This document shows, piece by piece, positions 47,664-57,059 of a stretch of 64,000 nt of DNA; within the stretch, counting starts at the first letter, position 1; every line of letters starts with the position of its first letter. Origin of the DNA: an uncultured Clostridia bacterium (GTDB taxonomy: Bacteria; Acidobacteriota; Aminicenantia; UBA2199). The stretch covers positions 73,438 to 137,437 of the forward strand of contig CAZCVI010000009.1 in assembly GCA_964502145.1 (NCBI GenBank), in the 5' to 3' direction. The notes under the pieces were generated by a model. It made no database searches, was not told where the DNA came from, and saw nothing but the letters and a program-made list of their open reading frames with translations. A program made the translations under genes and the position numbers.

Positions 47664-48755
47664 ATGTCTACTAACAATTCGAACGATAAAAAACAAGGCC
47701 CTGGATACCAGGAGAAGTCCAATCGTATCAGTGTCTGGAGTGAGTTCATACGCTCATTCAGTAAATTTGTTTGGCTGATCGTGGCGATCATTGTACTGGT
47801 TACATTGGGGAAAATCTTTGTCTTTAAATCCGACAAAGGACTCCTGGAACATAAATTCGTCAAGAAACCGGTAGTACAGCGGGTGGATTGGAGCAAAGTC
47901 AATAAAACCATTGCCAAAACTATGACTGAAGCCAGGCTGAGCACGGAACAAATGGCTGCCAGCAAACTGGATCTATGGATTGCTGACAATATGAAACGGG
48001 TAGATGATGATTTCTTAGAATGGTATTTTGGATATTGGACCCAACAGAAACTTGGTTTAAAAAGTTTATTGGCGCAGGTATGGCACTGGGTTGACAGCGA
48101 CAGTCCGACTGCGGCAGAGAAGTTGACCATGGAAGTACAGGAGGAGTTCACCAACCGCGTGATACGTCCGCAAATCGCGCAACTGGAGATTGAGCGTATT
48201 ATCGGTGAGATTGTGGCTCACTACTCTGCTACTTTAAAAGATAAATTGAAAAATATCCCGGTGGAGTATAAAATCAGTCCTGCCGAATGGGACCGGTATA
48301 TTGGCGATATTGCGTTAATAGTTAAGAATGTTGAAGCAAATCGCAGCACGCCGCTAACCTTAAAAGCCATGGTTGGTCTCACTGCGGGTGGTACTATAAT
48401 GGTAGTCAGTACATTGCGGCCCATGATCACCAGGATTGGTGCCCGTATCTCTGCCCGTTTGGCCACAAAAACGGCGGCGCAAATGGCAGCGAAAACAGGG
48501 GGAAAAGTGGCGGCGAAAACAGGGGGAAAGTTCCTGGGTTCTATTATCGCCATCGGTATTATTATATGGGATGTATGGGACCACTACTCGACCAAAGCGA
48601 AAGCACAACCAATTCTAAGACAAAATATCCATGATTATTTGCAAGAAGTGAAACAGTCGATCTTGCACGACCCGAGTTACGGTATTATGACTATTATTTA
48701 CCAGATGGAACAGGGTATTTCAGTTGATGTGAAAACGCAAAATACAGGGACTTGA
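47664..48755 (+). CDS. Hypothetical membrane protein with N-terminal and C-terminal TM segments and an AAKTGGK repeat
   Basis: Start moved to the second ATG (MSTNNSND...), because the first ATG falls inside the predicted 5'UTR. TM helix FVWLIVAIIVLVTLGKIFVF. C-terminal repeat AAKTGGKVAAKTGGK, then LGSIIAIGIIIW. Confidence 0.55.
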   Translation: MSTNNSNDKKQGPGYQEKSNRISVWSEFIRSFSKFVWLIVAIIVLVTLGKIFVFKSDKGLLEHKFVKKPVVQRVDWSKVNKTIAKTMTEARLSTEQMAASKLDLWIADNMKRVDDDFLEWYFGYWTQQKLGLKSLLAQVWHWVDSDSPTAAEKLTMEVQEEFTNRVIRPQIAQLEIERIIGEIVAHYSATLKDKLKNIPVEYKISPAEWDRYIGDIALIVKNVEANRSTPLTLKAMVGLTAGGTIMVVSTLRPMITRIGARISARLATKTAAQMAAKTGGKVAAKTGGKFLGSIIAIGIIIWDVWDHYSTKAKAQPILRQNIHDYLQEVKQSILHDPSYGIMTIIYQMEQGISVDVKTQNTGT

Positions 48756-48995
48756 TGGAAACGAACAGATGGACCAGTAATCGGCGGCCATTTCTGCTAT
48801 TTTATGGGTGTCGCAAAAGAGGAAGATGAGTTTCTCTTCATGTTGCATGAGGTGGCGAAGGTTGCTGAAAATGGTCTTGGCTACGATTTCGGGCGAGTTT
48901 CTTGGAAGAAGAAGAAATGAGACGGGAATTAGCCACACCTATTCCCTCGAATTGAAATCAACGAATCCTGCCTGTCCCCTCTTTTTTCTATAATT

Positions 48996-50756
48996 TTAAT
49001 TTTCCAGCCAGCGTTCATCTTCGCTGTAGGCAATCCCCATTTCTTGGCAGTACTCTTCCGCTTCCCGGGTAAACCCGGCACGGGAAAAGACAAAAGGAAG
49101 CACCCGATCCAGATTTTCAAACTTTTTAAGTCTCGCCAATTTTTCCATAAAAGATACGGCTTCCTGCTTGGAAAATTTTTTAAGCTCCCGGTTCTTCACC
49201 TCTCCGATAATGGAATAATCCGTGGCAGATTTGGCACGGGCGTATATATCCACATTAAATTTATAGCCAAACTCGGTGGCACCATCATAAGACCATGCCC
49301 TTGCATAATCGCAAAAATTAAAATCCAGGGGTAAATGGAGGGTGATGGACTTCAACAGATCATTCACTTTGCGGGCCCGGTTCTTTAATAGATCCAAGAG
49401 CAAATATTCGGCAAAATACCCCTTCTGATAATTCACTTTTCCCAGGAGCTGCTTGTACTTCTGCTTTAATTTCAAAAAATCCTCGTGGTATTCCTTGGCA
49501 ATAGTATTCACATCAAAGAGATTGATCTCTTTTTCATAAACACCCCGAAACACCTTGTCAAAAATATTATCCTGCACACCGCGATAATCAAAGTTGGTTC
49601 TCCCCTTTTCAATAATATCCGCTCGTACCAATGCTTTGAGCTTTAACTCCAGCTCTCTGTCCGTCATATCCAGGGCCAAGTTATCCAGAAGTTCTTGGCG
49701 CGTCACCTCGTGGTCCCTGTTTTGGCAAAGATAGAGCACCACGTTCTTGGCGTTTCGCTCATTCACCTTATTAAAGGCAAACGCCACGTACTCCATCCAG
49801 GTGGCTTTGATTCTACCATGGTCATCCAGGGTTTCATATTCCAGGGTTTCCGTTAACCCCTGCAACGTGGTCAGGTCTTTGTGGCTGTAATTGGAGCGGA
49901 GAATGGAACTAATATAAAAAGGACTGCCTTCAGCCATTTGCGCAATCAAATAAGCCGTTTCCTCGGTAACCGGCACGTTAAAGAAGCCAGAGTATTTATA
50001 CACCATTTCCACCGCTTCGGTTTCGGGCATATTTTCAAAAGAGTGATATACAAAACGTGCGGGCAACAGGGAATTTAATTCATCCATCAGCCATCCCACC
50101 CAGCTACCGGAAATTAATAAGGGGGCGATTTTACTTTCGGCTGTGCTCAAGTACCCGCCCGCCAGATTTTTCATCAGGGTTGTCTTGGAAAAATTTTTAC
50201 TCCGATAGATCATTGCATTCATGAACTGAAACTCGTCGATCATTTGTACGATGAATTCATTCTGGTTGCTGGCGATTTTTTTGGGAGCTTCCCGAACGAT
50301 TTCCCAGAGAATACCCGTATGTTTAGAGCGAATGGCATTGGCGACATCATTTATATATATCAGTAAGTAGTCTAATTTTTCGTCTTTTGCCACTTGCCCC
50401 GCTTTTTTAAGATTACTCCGCTCATAGGATTCAATATACTGATATTTTCTTGTTTTAAAAGCAATGTACTGGTAGACAAAAGTCAGGAAGAAATCCAGAC
50501 AAAAGTCAACGATATTCATCTCAATCTCTTTGATCTCATAGTAAAAGGGAATCACGCCGTTGTTTTTGTGAAAGGTGATATTAAACAACCGTTCCATGAA
50601 AGCGGTTTTTCCCATTTTGCGGCGGGCCAGGATAGCGGAACTCTGGGATTTTCTTTCTTTGATATCGGTGATCCAATTGGAAAAAAAAGCCAGCTCTTCT
50701 TTTCTGCCGGTAAACAGGTCCGGGTTGCCAATTCGTTCTTCTTTTGCGTATTCCAT
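48996..50756 (-). CDS. Archaeal-type AAA+ ATPase (Arch_ATPase) with a C-terminal DUF234 restriction-endonuclease-like domain
   Basis: Walker A ILARRKMGKTAF. C-terminus GEVKNREL...FVFSRAGFTREAEEY is typical of DUF234. Start moved to ATG 50756 (MEYAKEE...), because the upstream part of the track ORF overlaps the palindromic repeat. Confidence 0.75.
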   Translation of the reverse strand: MEYAKEERIGNPDLFTGRKEELAFFSNWITDIKERKSQSSAILARRKMGKTAFMERLFNITFHKNNGVIPFYYEIKEIEMNIVDFCLDFFLTFVYQYIAFKTRKYQYIESYERSNLKKAGQVAKDEKLDYLLIYINDVANAIRSKHTGILWEIVREAPKKIASNQNEFIVQMIDEFQFMNAMIYRSKNFSKTTLMKNLAGGYLSTAESKIAPLLISGSWVGWLMDELNSLLPARFVYHSFENMPETEAVEMVYKYSGFFNVPVTEETAYLIAQMAEGSPFYISSILRSNYSHKDLTTLQGLTETLEYETLDDHGRIKATWMEYVAFAFNKVNERNAKNVVLYLCQNRDHEVTRQELLDNLALDMTDRELELKLKALVRADIIEKGRTNFDYRGVQDNIFDKVFRGVYEKEINLFDVNTIAKEYHEDFLKLKQKYKQLLGKVNYQKGYFAEYLLLDLLKNRARKVNDLLKSITLHLPLDFNFCDYARAWSYDGATEFGYKFNVDIYARAKSATDYSIIGEVKNRELKKFSKQEAVSFMEKLARLKKFENLDRVLPFVFSRAGFTREAEEYCQEMGIAYSEDERWLEN

Positions 50757-50833
50757 GCCTTTATTTATATCATAAATCAAAGAAAATAACAAATTCCAAA
50801 GATCACCATCCTTCCCCCGGCAATTAAAAGATA

Positions 50834-50933
50834 GTCCACAGATTACACAGATTAAAATGATTATCACAGATTTTTTTTTAAAAAACTTTTTTAATCATGT
50901 TAATCCATGGAATCTGTGTAATCTGTGGATATC
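50834..50933. repeat. Palindromic element built from CACAGATTA sub-repeats
   Basis: TCCACAGATTACACAGATTAAAATGATTATCACAGATT, a T/A loop, then AATCATGTTAATCCATGGAATCTGTGTAATCTGTGGA. Confidence 0.65.
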
Positions 50934-50934
50934 T

Positions 50935-51261
50935 TTACAGGCTTTCGCGGACTTTTCGCAACGGGTATTTGGCAGCCACCCACTTGCGCAGGAGATTAAC
51001 AGGGAAATGGTAGACCATGTTCCTTTCGGCAATAATCTCTTGGTGAACCAATGTGGTGAGGGTGTCCATCATCTCCTTGCGGGAAAAGGAGGGGGCAATC
51101 TTTTGGATATTGGAATAAATCCCTTCGACGCCAATGCCGTCGGCTTGTTTGTGGGTGAGTTCCTCGGCCATGGCGCTGAGCACGACGCGGGCGGAACTGG
51201 AGGAATCATCCCAGATGTGTTGCGAGAAATGTTCGGTGCCAGTGGCGATGATTTTATCCAC
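50935..51261 (-). CDS. Hypothetical small protein (108 aa from the first ATG; open frame extends to ~51330)
   Basis: ORF sits between the caspase-like gene and the CACAGATTA palindrome. No recognisable domain. Confidence 0.35.
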   Translation of the reverse strand: MDKIIATGTEHFSQHIWDDSSSSARVVLSAMAEELTHKQADGIGVEGIYSNIQKIAPSFSRKEMMDTLTTLVHQEIIAERNMVYHFPVNLLRKWVAAKYPLRKVRESL

Positions 51262-51368
51262 GGCATCGTCGACATCGTCGATCAGGGCATCGTTGCGTTG
51301 TTTTTTTTCGTTGAGATGGTTGACGATTAAAGTCTAATAGGATTATGATCTGATATGAACAGATATTT

Positions 51369-53801
51369 TTATTCATTATTCGAGCCAATAATAAATCGGA
51401 CTGGGCGTAGGTATGAAGGTGTTTCTTTTTTTACACCATCTTCTATATAATCAGAAAGTGAAAGTCTTGCTGTCCTGAGATCAATAAGCCAAAAAAGGTA
51501 ATTCCCTTTCATATCACCTGTCCACATTATGTATTGCGTTGGAGAAAACAATGGGTTGATATAAAGGCCTGATGCTGAATTGTGTGGTCTAACGAGAGAT
51601 GCCGCTTCTTCCAGATTTGGGTATCTCCAATCTTTATACCCCGCATAACCAGTTTGATTTAATTTGTTTAACCACGTCTCTACCTTTCTGTGGTATGTGT
51701 GAAGCAAATCGGTTTTTAAACGAGGAGATCCTGATTGATGCCACATCAATCCAGTTGAAAAGTCCGCGATTACAATATCTCCATTAATTGTTAATTGCTC
51801 AAGCTGACTGGCAGCATCTGCCTGGGAAATATCTTGAATCATGAGGATATTGAGCAACCCTTTTTCTTTCAGCATTTGCATTGCATCATCAATACTTAAT
51901 CCAATATTTAAGTAGTTTGTTCTAAGTGTTGGCGTGCAAAGGGACAATTTAAATTTTCCAGCTATAGGGTCAATGACAAAAACTTCACCCATTCTAAGAT
52001 CATACAAATCTTTAAAATATCCTTCCACTTTGAGAAGTTCTTTCCTACTGTACATTCCTTTGGCGATATCTGGACTTACTAATAGTGAATAATATCTTTT
52101 TTTCGCCTGAGAGTCCATTACGATAGTGGCATAATTTTTGGTGTCAGGGTTATAAGATAGAAGTTCAATAGTCAATCCTTCTACCGGGTATTTTATATTT
52201 CTTATTATTTCAATTTGTTCTTTGTAGGGTTTCATCAAGGATTCGCATTCATCTTCGTATTTTTTGGATAAATCCAAATCTTCTTTTTCATATTTTTCCA
52301 TAGTTTGCTGAATCTTTTCGTAATGCGCTTTTAACTTACCCTCATAATCAGATGTGGTTTCAAACTGATCTTTTGGAGGAATCGTCGTTCCTTTTAGCTT
52401 TTCTATGAGAGTATTATAGTACAATTTTGATTGGGCAAACGCTTTTTCCTTTTCAGTATAAATTGCTGATTTTATACCTTCAATTTTTTCCTCCAATTGC
52501 GCAATTTCTTTGCGTGCAGAATCAACAAACAGAACCTCCTGCTTAATATCCTTCAATTTTATCTGCTCATCGACGAATTTCTGCCGAAGTTTTTCCAATT
52601 CCTCTTCCCCAAATCTTTTTTTATTCTCCAGGTCGACTTTTTTTTGAGCTTCTTCAGCGGCCAATTTCTTTTCCTCTGCTTCAAAGAGTACTTTTCTCTC
52701 TTTTTCTTTTTGCAGTCTCTCCTGCTCCAATTGACTGGCTTTTAATTTTACCCGGAGATCTTCTTCTTTACGTTTATCCTCCCGTATTTCTTTTTCCGAT
52801 TTTAATTTAGCCGCCTCTTTTTTTTGTGCTTCAATTTCTGTGAGCTGTGATTGGAGTTTTGAGATTTCAGTTTGTACTTCTTCGTATCGGCGATCCACCC
52901 TTGGAATAAACACAAAATCTCCAAGGCCCCAAAATGTACCAAAAGCTGGCGTTTGGATATGCCCCATAGCATTTGAATCGGAAAATACTTTTTCCTTTAC
53001 AGTCACGGAAAGTTCCGAAGCCGTAATATAGTCCGAGGTGTCATTCAAAATTTGCAGGATTCGTCCCAAGAACACTGAGTGACCCAAAGGACCACCATCC
53101 AATACAGTTTCATCCTGTCCCCCGGCGGTCAGAACTTGACGGACGGTTTCTTTGGTTATTTTCTGCATGTATTTTAAATCACGTTTTGTTTCAGGGACGC
53201 TTCCCCGGGTCACCAATAATCCACTGTAGCAGGCATCAATCATAAAAAAAACATGTTTTGCAGGGATTGATTTTCCAACATCTTCCTTTAACTGGGTCAT
53301 GGAGATGTTTTTATATAATTCAGTTTTTTCGAAAGAACCATCATAGGGAACCAGAAACCCAAGTTCTCCATATTGTGAAGTGCCAGTATGCCCATGTCCT
53401 GCAAAAAAAATAAAAACAGCATCATCTGTGGTAGTTTGACTCATTTTCCCCAGAAGTGTCGACATAATTGCTTCACGCGAAGCTTCTCTGTCGTACAATG
53501 TTATAATTTCATCGAAAACAAACCGTTCTTTCAATATTTTTTCAATCCCTTTCGCGTCTTTAACGGCGTAACGAAGCTGTTGGTTCGGGGAAAGATTTTG
53601 GTATCGGTCAATGCCGATAATTACTCCATAAACCTTTTTGTATAGATTGACAATTTTCTCTTGTCCGGTCTGGTTGTCTTTTGCCAATATGCGAACCCCT
53701 CTCTGATCGGAAGGTAATTCCGACGTTTGTGCAAAAATGTCAAGGGGGCCATTCCATACTATGATCAAAAAAATAATAACAAAACTCGTAAGTGATTTCA
53801 T
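51369..53801 (-). CDS. Secreted caspase-like (peptidase C14) domain protein with a long KE-rich coiled coil and a C-terminal DUF1566 (Lcl C-terminal-like) domain
   Basis: Start set at MKSLTSFVIIFLIIV (signal peptide), which has ribosome-binding site AAGGAG. Caspase His/Cys dyad motifs FAGHGH and DACYSG. Coiled coil ~350-560. C-terminus STGLMWHQSG...GYKDWRYPNLEEAASL matches DUF1566. Confidence 0.8.
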   Translation of the reverse strand: MKSLTSFVIIFLIIVWNGPLDIFAQTSELPSDQRGVRILAKDNQTGQEKIVNLYKKVYGVIIGIDRYQNLSPNQQLRYAVKDAKGIEKILKERFVFDEIITLYDREASREAIMSTLLGKMSQTTTDDAVFIFFAGHGHTGTSQYGELGFLVPYDGSFEKTELYKNISMTQLKEDVGKSIPAKHVFFMIDACYSGLLVTRGSVPETKRDLKYMQKITKETVRQVLTAGGQDETVLDGGPLGHSVFLGRILQILNDTSDYITASELSVTVKEKVFSDSNAMGHIQTPAFGTFWGLGDFVFIPRVDRRYEEVQTEISKLQSQLTEIEAQKKEAAKLKSEKEIREDKRKEEDLRVKLKASQLEQERLQKEKERKVLFEAEEKKLAAEEAQKKVDLENKKRFGEEELEKLRQKFVDEQIKLKDIKQEVLFVDSARKEIAQLEEKIEGIKSAIYTEKEKAFAQSKLYYNTLIEKLKGTTIPPKDQFETTSDYEGKLKAHYEKIQQTMEKYEKEDLDLSKKYEDECESLMKPYKEQIEIIRNIKYPVEGLTIELLSYNPDTKNYATIVMDSQAKKRYYSLLVSPDIAKGMYSRKELLKVEGYFKDLYDLRMGEVFVIDPIAGKFKLSLCTPTLRTNYLNIGLSIDDAMQMLKEKGLLNILMIQDISQADAASQLEQLTINGDIVIADFSTGLMWHQSGSPRLKTDLLHTYHRKVETWLNKLNQTGYAGYKDWRYPNLEEAASLVRPHNSASGLYINPLFSPTQYIMWTGDMKGNYLFWLIDLRTARLSLSDYIEDGVKKETPSYLRPVRFIIGSNNE

Positions 53802-54265
53802 CCTTTTCTCCTTTTCCCGCCCGAAAAACATATCCGAACCAATGGGAATCATCTTTCTTTCTGTGTACGGATTGGTCAACGTTTTTTCTTCCGTCATGTG
53901 TTGCGTCCCTTCTTCTTTTTTTTCAATTGTTCGCCATAATTTCCTATTATACAAATATCGCGATTGATTTGCAATACCCACAAATGGATTTCAGGAAGAG
54001 ATCGTTTCTGAACCGTGATGCGTGGGATTATAGGATGACCGGGATGAAAGAATTGGAGTCTGCCAAATGGGATATTCCTGATTATTTTCGCTGTGGTTTG
54101 GAATGAATTTTCGACACACAGACCCTATCACCCTTAAAAAACCAGAATTTTTCAACTACCGTGATTGAATTTTTATGAGGCAAGACCTGGCCATTTCTTC
54201 CATGCACAAGCCACTTTTTTTCAAATCGTTGCGGACGCTATGAACGATTAGGAAGTCTTCACCAT

Positions 54266-54952
54266 TTAAAAGAGTTCAAACACGATGCTGACCCGACGAT
54301 TTTTGGCTTTATTTTCCGGGGAATCATTTTCAAATTGCGGGAAACTGTCCGCATATCCAACTGCTTTAAAGCGTTTTGGGTCCAAATTGCCTTCCTGGAT
54401 AAAAAAACGAACCACACATCCCGCACGTGCCGATGACAGTTCCCAGTTCGAGGGATATCGGTCACTGTTAACCGGCGAATCATCCGTATGACCTTCAATC
54501 GTGATTTTATACGGTGAGTCCTGCATCAGGGGGAGTAATTTTCTTAATGTCGTCTTGGACTCTTCCAGTAATTCCGCTCCCCCTGGTTTGAACATGGCGT
54601 TTCCCACATCTTCCATGATATCTACTTTGGCTCCATTGTTTACTATTGAGATCATCGCGTTTTTTGACAGTGATTCAGCTTCGGCAGCGCTTTTTAGCAG
54701 GTTCACCAACCGCGATTTTTCAATTTCTTCCGCTGTTGATGTTCCTTTTAAATCAATCGGCAATTCCATACCCCCATCTTTACCATAAGCCACTACTTCT
54801 TTTTGCACACCAAAGGCCTCTTCCACGGAACCTGTCGCCGATCGATACTTAACCACATCGGTATTGGCAAACGAGAGCAATAAAACAAAAACGCACAGCA
54901 ACAGTGTCATCATATCCGAATACGTGAGCATCCACTTTGGCACTTCACCCAT
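54266..54952 (-). CDS. motB: MotB-like stator protein (OmpA-like C-terminal domain)
   Basis: N-terminus PKWMLTYSDMMTLLLCVFVLL. OmpA-like region ITIEGHTDD...SNWELSSARA. Confidence 0.8.
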   Translation of the reverse strand: MGEVPKWMLTYSDMMTLLLCVFVLLLSFANTDVVKYRSATGSVEEAFGVQKEVVAYGKDGGMELPIDLKGTSTAEEIEKSRLVNLLKSAAEAESLSKNAMISIVNNGAKVDIMEDVGNAMFKPGGAELLEESKTTLRKLLPLMQDSPYKITIEGHTDDSPVNSDRYPSNWELSSARAGCVVRFFIQEGNLDPKRFKAVGYADSFPQFENDSPENKAKNRRVSIVFELF

Positions 54953-54991
54953 ACGATCCTCCTATCCTAAACGATCATTCACTAGCATAAT

Positions 54992-55759
54992 CTACTTTGT
55001 TTTCACCGAGGCGTCCAGTAATTTGCGGGCGTCTGGTTTTAAAAATGAACCCAGTTTTTCTTGCACGACTGCCGGGTGGTCGCCATTGGCAATAGAAAGA
55101 ATGCCGTTTACGATTAAATTTTTGACCATCATTTCTTGTTTATGAAAGTAGGCCAGTTTATCTGCCAAGGGCAGGCAGAATATATTGGCAATAAAGGCGC
55201 CGTAAAGCGTCGTGATGATTGCCACTGACATGGAGGGGCCAATGGATTTGGGATCATCCATGTTGGCCAACATGATCACCAGACCCAGCAACGTGCCGAT
55301 CATACCGAAAGCAGGTGCCACATCGCCAGCGACCAGCAACATCCCCCGGCTCGCATCGTGTCGTTCCGTGGTGGAAGAGATGTCGATATTTAATACCGCC
55401 TCGATCAATTCTGGTTCCACGCCATCAATGGCCAGTTGAACTCCCTTTTTTAAGAAAGGATTCTCGATTTTAACTTTTTCTAAACCTAGAATACCGTTCT
55501 TCTTCGCTTCAACCGATAGCGAGAGTATCTTCTTAATCATGTCTTCTGGGTCATCCAATTTGGTAAAAATAGTCTTCATCACAATCGGAACCAGACTGGT
55601 GAGCATTTTAAAGGGATAGCGGATAAACATCGCGCCGATAGTACCTCCAATCGTAATAAAGATGGAGGGCAAATCCCAGAACATTTTGATGTCCGCAGAC
55701 ATAGCCCAGCCGACAAACCCGACACAGACAGCTAATCCAATAATAGTTGACAGTTCCAT
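54992..55759 (-). CDS. motA: MotA/TolQ/ExbB-family proton-channel protein
   Basis: 255 aa with four TM helices and a family-typical C-terminal half. Adjacent to motB. Confidence 0.8.
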   Translation of the reverse strand: MELSTIIGLAVCVGFVGWAMSADIKMFWDLPSIFITIGGTIGAMFIRYPFKMLTSLVPIVMKTIFTKLDDPEDMIKKILSLSVEAKKNGILGLEKVKIENPFLKKGVQLAIDGVEPELIEAVLNIDISSTTERHDASRGMLLVAGDVAPAFGMIGTLLGLVIMLANMDDPKSIGPSMSVAIITTLYGAFIANIFCLPLADKLAYFHKQEMMVKNLIVNGILSIANGDHPAVVQEKLGSFLKPDARKLLDASVKTK

Positions 55760-55860
55760 GCATACCTCTTATTTGAATTTTAAATATAATCCTTCTAGAT
55801 AAAAAAGTCAATATGAAAATAGGAATTGACAAATAAAAACAAAGTCACTATCATTATACC

Positions 55861-56283
55861 ATGAAGATTAATACAAAAATTAGATACGGTTTGCGTATGC
55901 TGGTATTGTTGGCTGAATCAGGTGTTGTGATGAGTACTGCCAATTTGGGCAAACAAATGCAGGTCTCTCCCAAGTATTTACGAAAACTGGCGGGTCCTAT
56001 GGAACGGCACGAACTGATCAAAAGTGTGCAGGGTATTTATGGCGGGTACGCGATCAATAAACAACCAGCAGAAATAACCTTGTCTTCCATTTTTACGGCT
56101 TTCGAGGAAAACATCAATATCACAGGTTGCAGCAGTAAAAATGGCTGCCCCCTGAGTGTGGACTGCCTCACCAAACCGGTGTGGTCCCATTTGGAACAGC
56201 TCATTGCTAAAGAATTCCATCACATATCTATCCAAATGATCCTCGATCAACAATTCGCCATCCCTGCTCTGGTAGCCGAATAA
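55861..56283 (+). CDS. Rrf2-family transcriptional regulator (IscR/NsrR-like, with three Cys)
   Basis: N-terminal wHTH TKIRYGLRMLVLLA. Cysteine cluster GCSSKNGCPLSVDC. Confidence 0.85.
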   Translation: MKINTKIRYGLRMLVLLAESGVVMSTANLGKQMQVSPKYLRKLAGPMERHELIKSVQGIYGGYAINKQPAEITLSSIFTAFEENINITGCSSKNGCPLSVDCLTKPVWSHLEQLIAKEFHHISIQMILDQQFAIPALVAE

Positions 56284-56327
56284 TACATGCGGTTTTTGGC
56301 ATTAAATCAAAACTCCAGGAGGCATTT

Positions 56328-56816
56328 ATGAGAATTCTTCGGATTGTGTTTGCAGTATTGGGTCTTGTTATAGTAAGTTATATCATCCAATCCTATCGGG
56401 TGGACCATAAAAAAAAAGTCGACTCCCCGCAATTTGTCTATGGCTTGCCGACTTACCCGGGTTCCCAATTCAACCAGCAGATGTCCGCACTCACTGGAGA
56501 TCCCTACGTGGCTGTTTTTTTCTCCGATGACTCCTATGAGAAGGTCATAAAATTTTACAAGGAAAAACTGAAACGGGACTACAAGGTGTTGAAGTACGGC
56601 AGAAAGAGTCATGTTGTCATGGAGATTTACCAGTTTCAAATCGAAGAGGGAGTTCTTAAGGATTACATTGCCAAAGGGGTGGAAGTTATCCCCCTCAACT
56701 CCAGAAATCAATCAACATACAACGCGAAAACCAAAATCAAGATCATCTTGCCCCGCCAAGAAATCCTGGAAACCCAACAAAAACAAAATACCAAGACAAC
56801 TCCCACGCCCCAGTAA
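56328..56816 (+). CDS. Hypothetical exported/anchored protein
   Basis: N-terminal signal/anchor MRILRIVFAVLGLVIVSYII. No recognised domain. Confidence 0.45.
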   Translation: MRILRIVFAVLGLVIVSYIIQSYRVDHKKKVDSPQFVYGLPTYPGSQFNQQMSALTGDPYVAVFFSDDSYEKVIKFYKEKLKRDYKVLKYGRKSHVVMEIYQFQIEEGVLKDYIAKGVEVIPLNSRNQSTYNAKTKIKIILPRQEILETQQKQNTKTTPTPQ

Positions 56817-57059
56817 TCTTAATTAAGACTATTAGAGGAGCAACACCCAAACTCCCCTAATTCCCATAATTCCCCTATTTCCCATCACTCCCAATCCAAC
56901 ATTTAAGGAGGTCATTTTTAAAATTTGACCTCCTAATTTAGGTTTAAGCCGCCCAAAATTGATGTTCACTAGGTGAATTCCTCTTTTTTCAGGTTATTTT
57001 TCATATTTTCAATCCTAATTCTTGACATATTTTTCAAAAAAGATTAATATATAGAATCA

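Noticed and set aside
47543-48154. 203-aa minus-strand ORF
   Set aside because: Entirely antisense to the better-supported plus-strand gene 47664-48755 (which has a promoter, ribosome-binding site and TM topology). Low-complexity translation.
54266-55759. Zorya-type defence system (ZorA/ZorB are MotA/MotB homologs)
   Set aside because: This MotA is 255 aa without the long C-terminal tail of ZorA, and there are no ZorC/ZorD-like genes adjacent. Most likely an ordinary stator or energiser pair.
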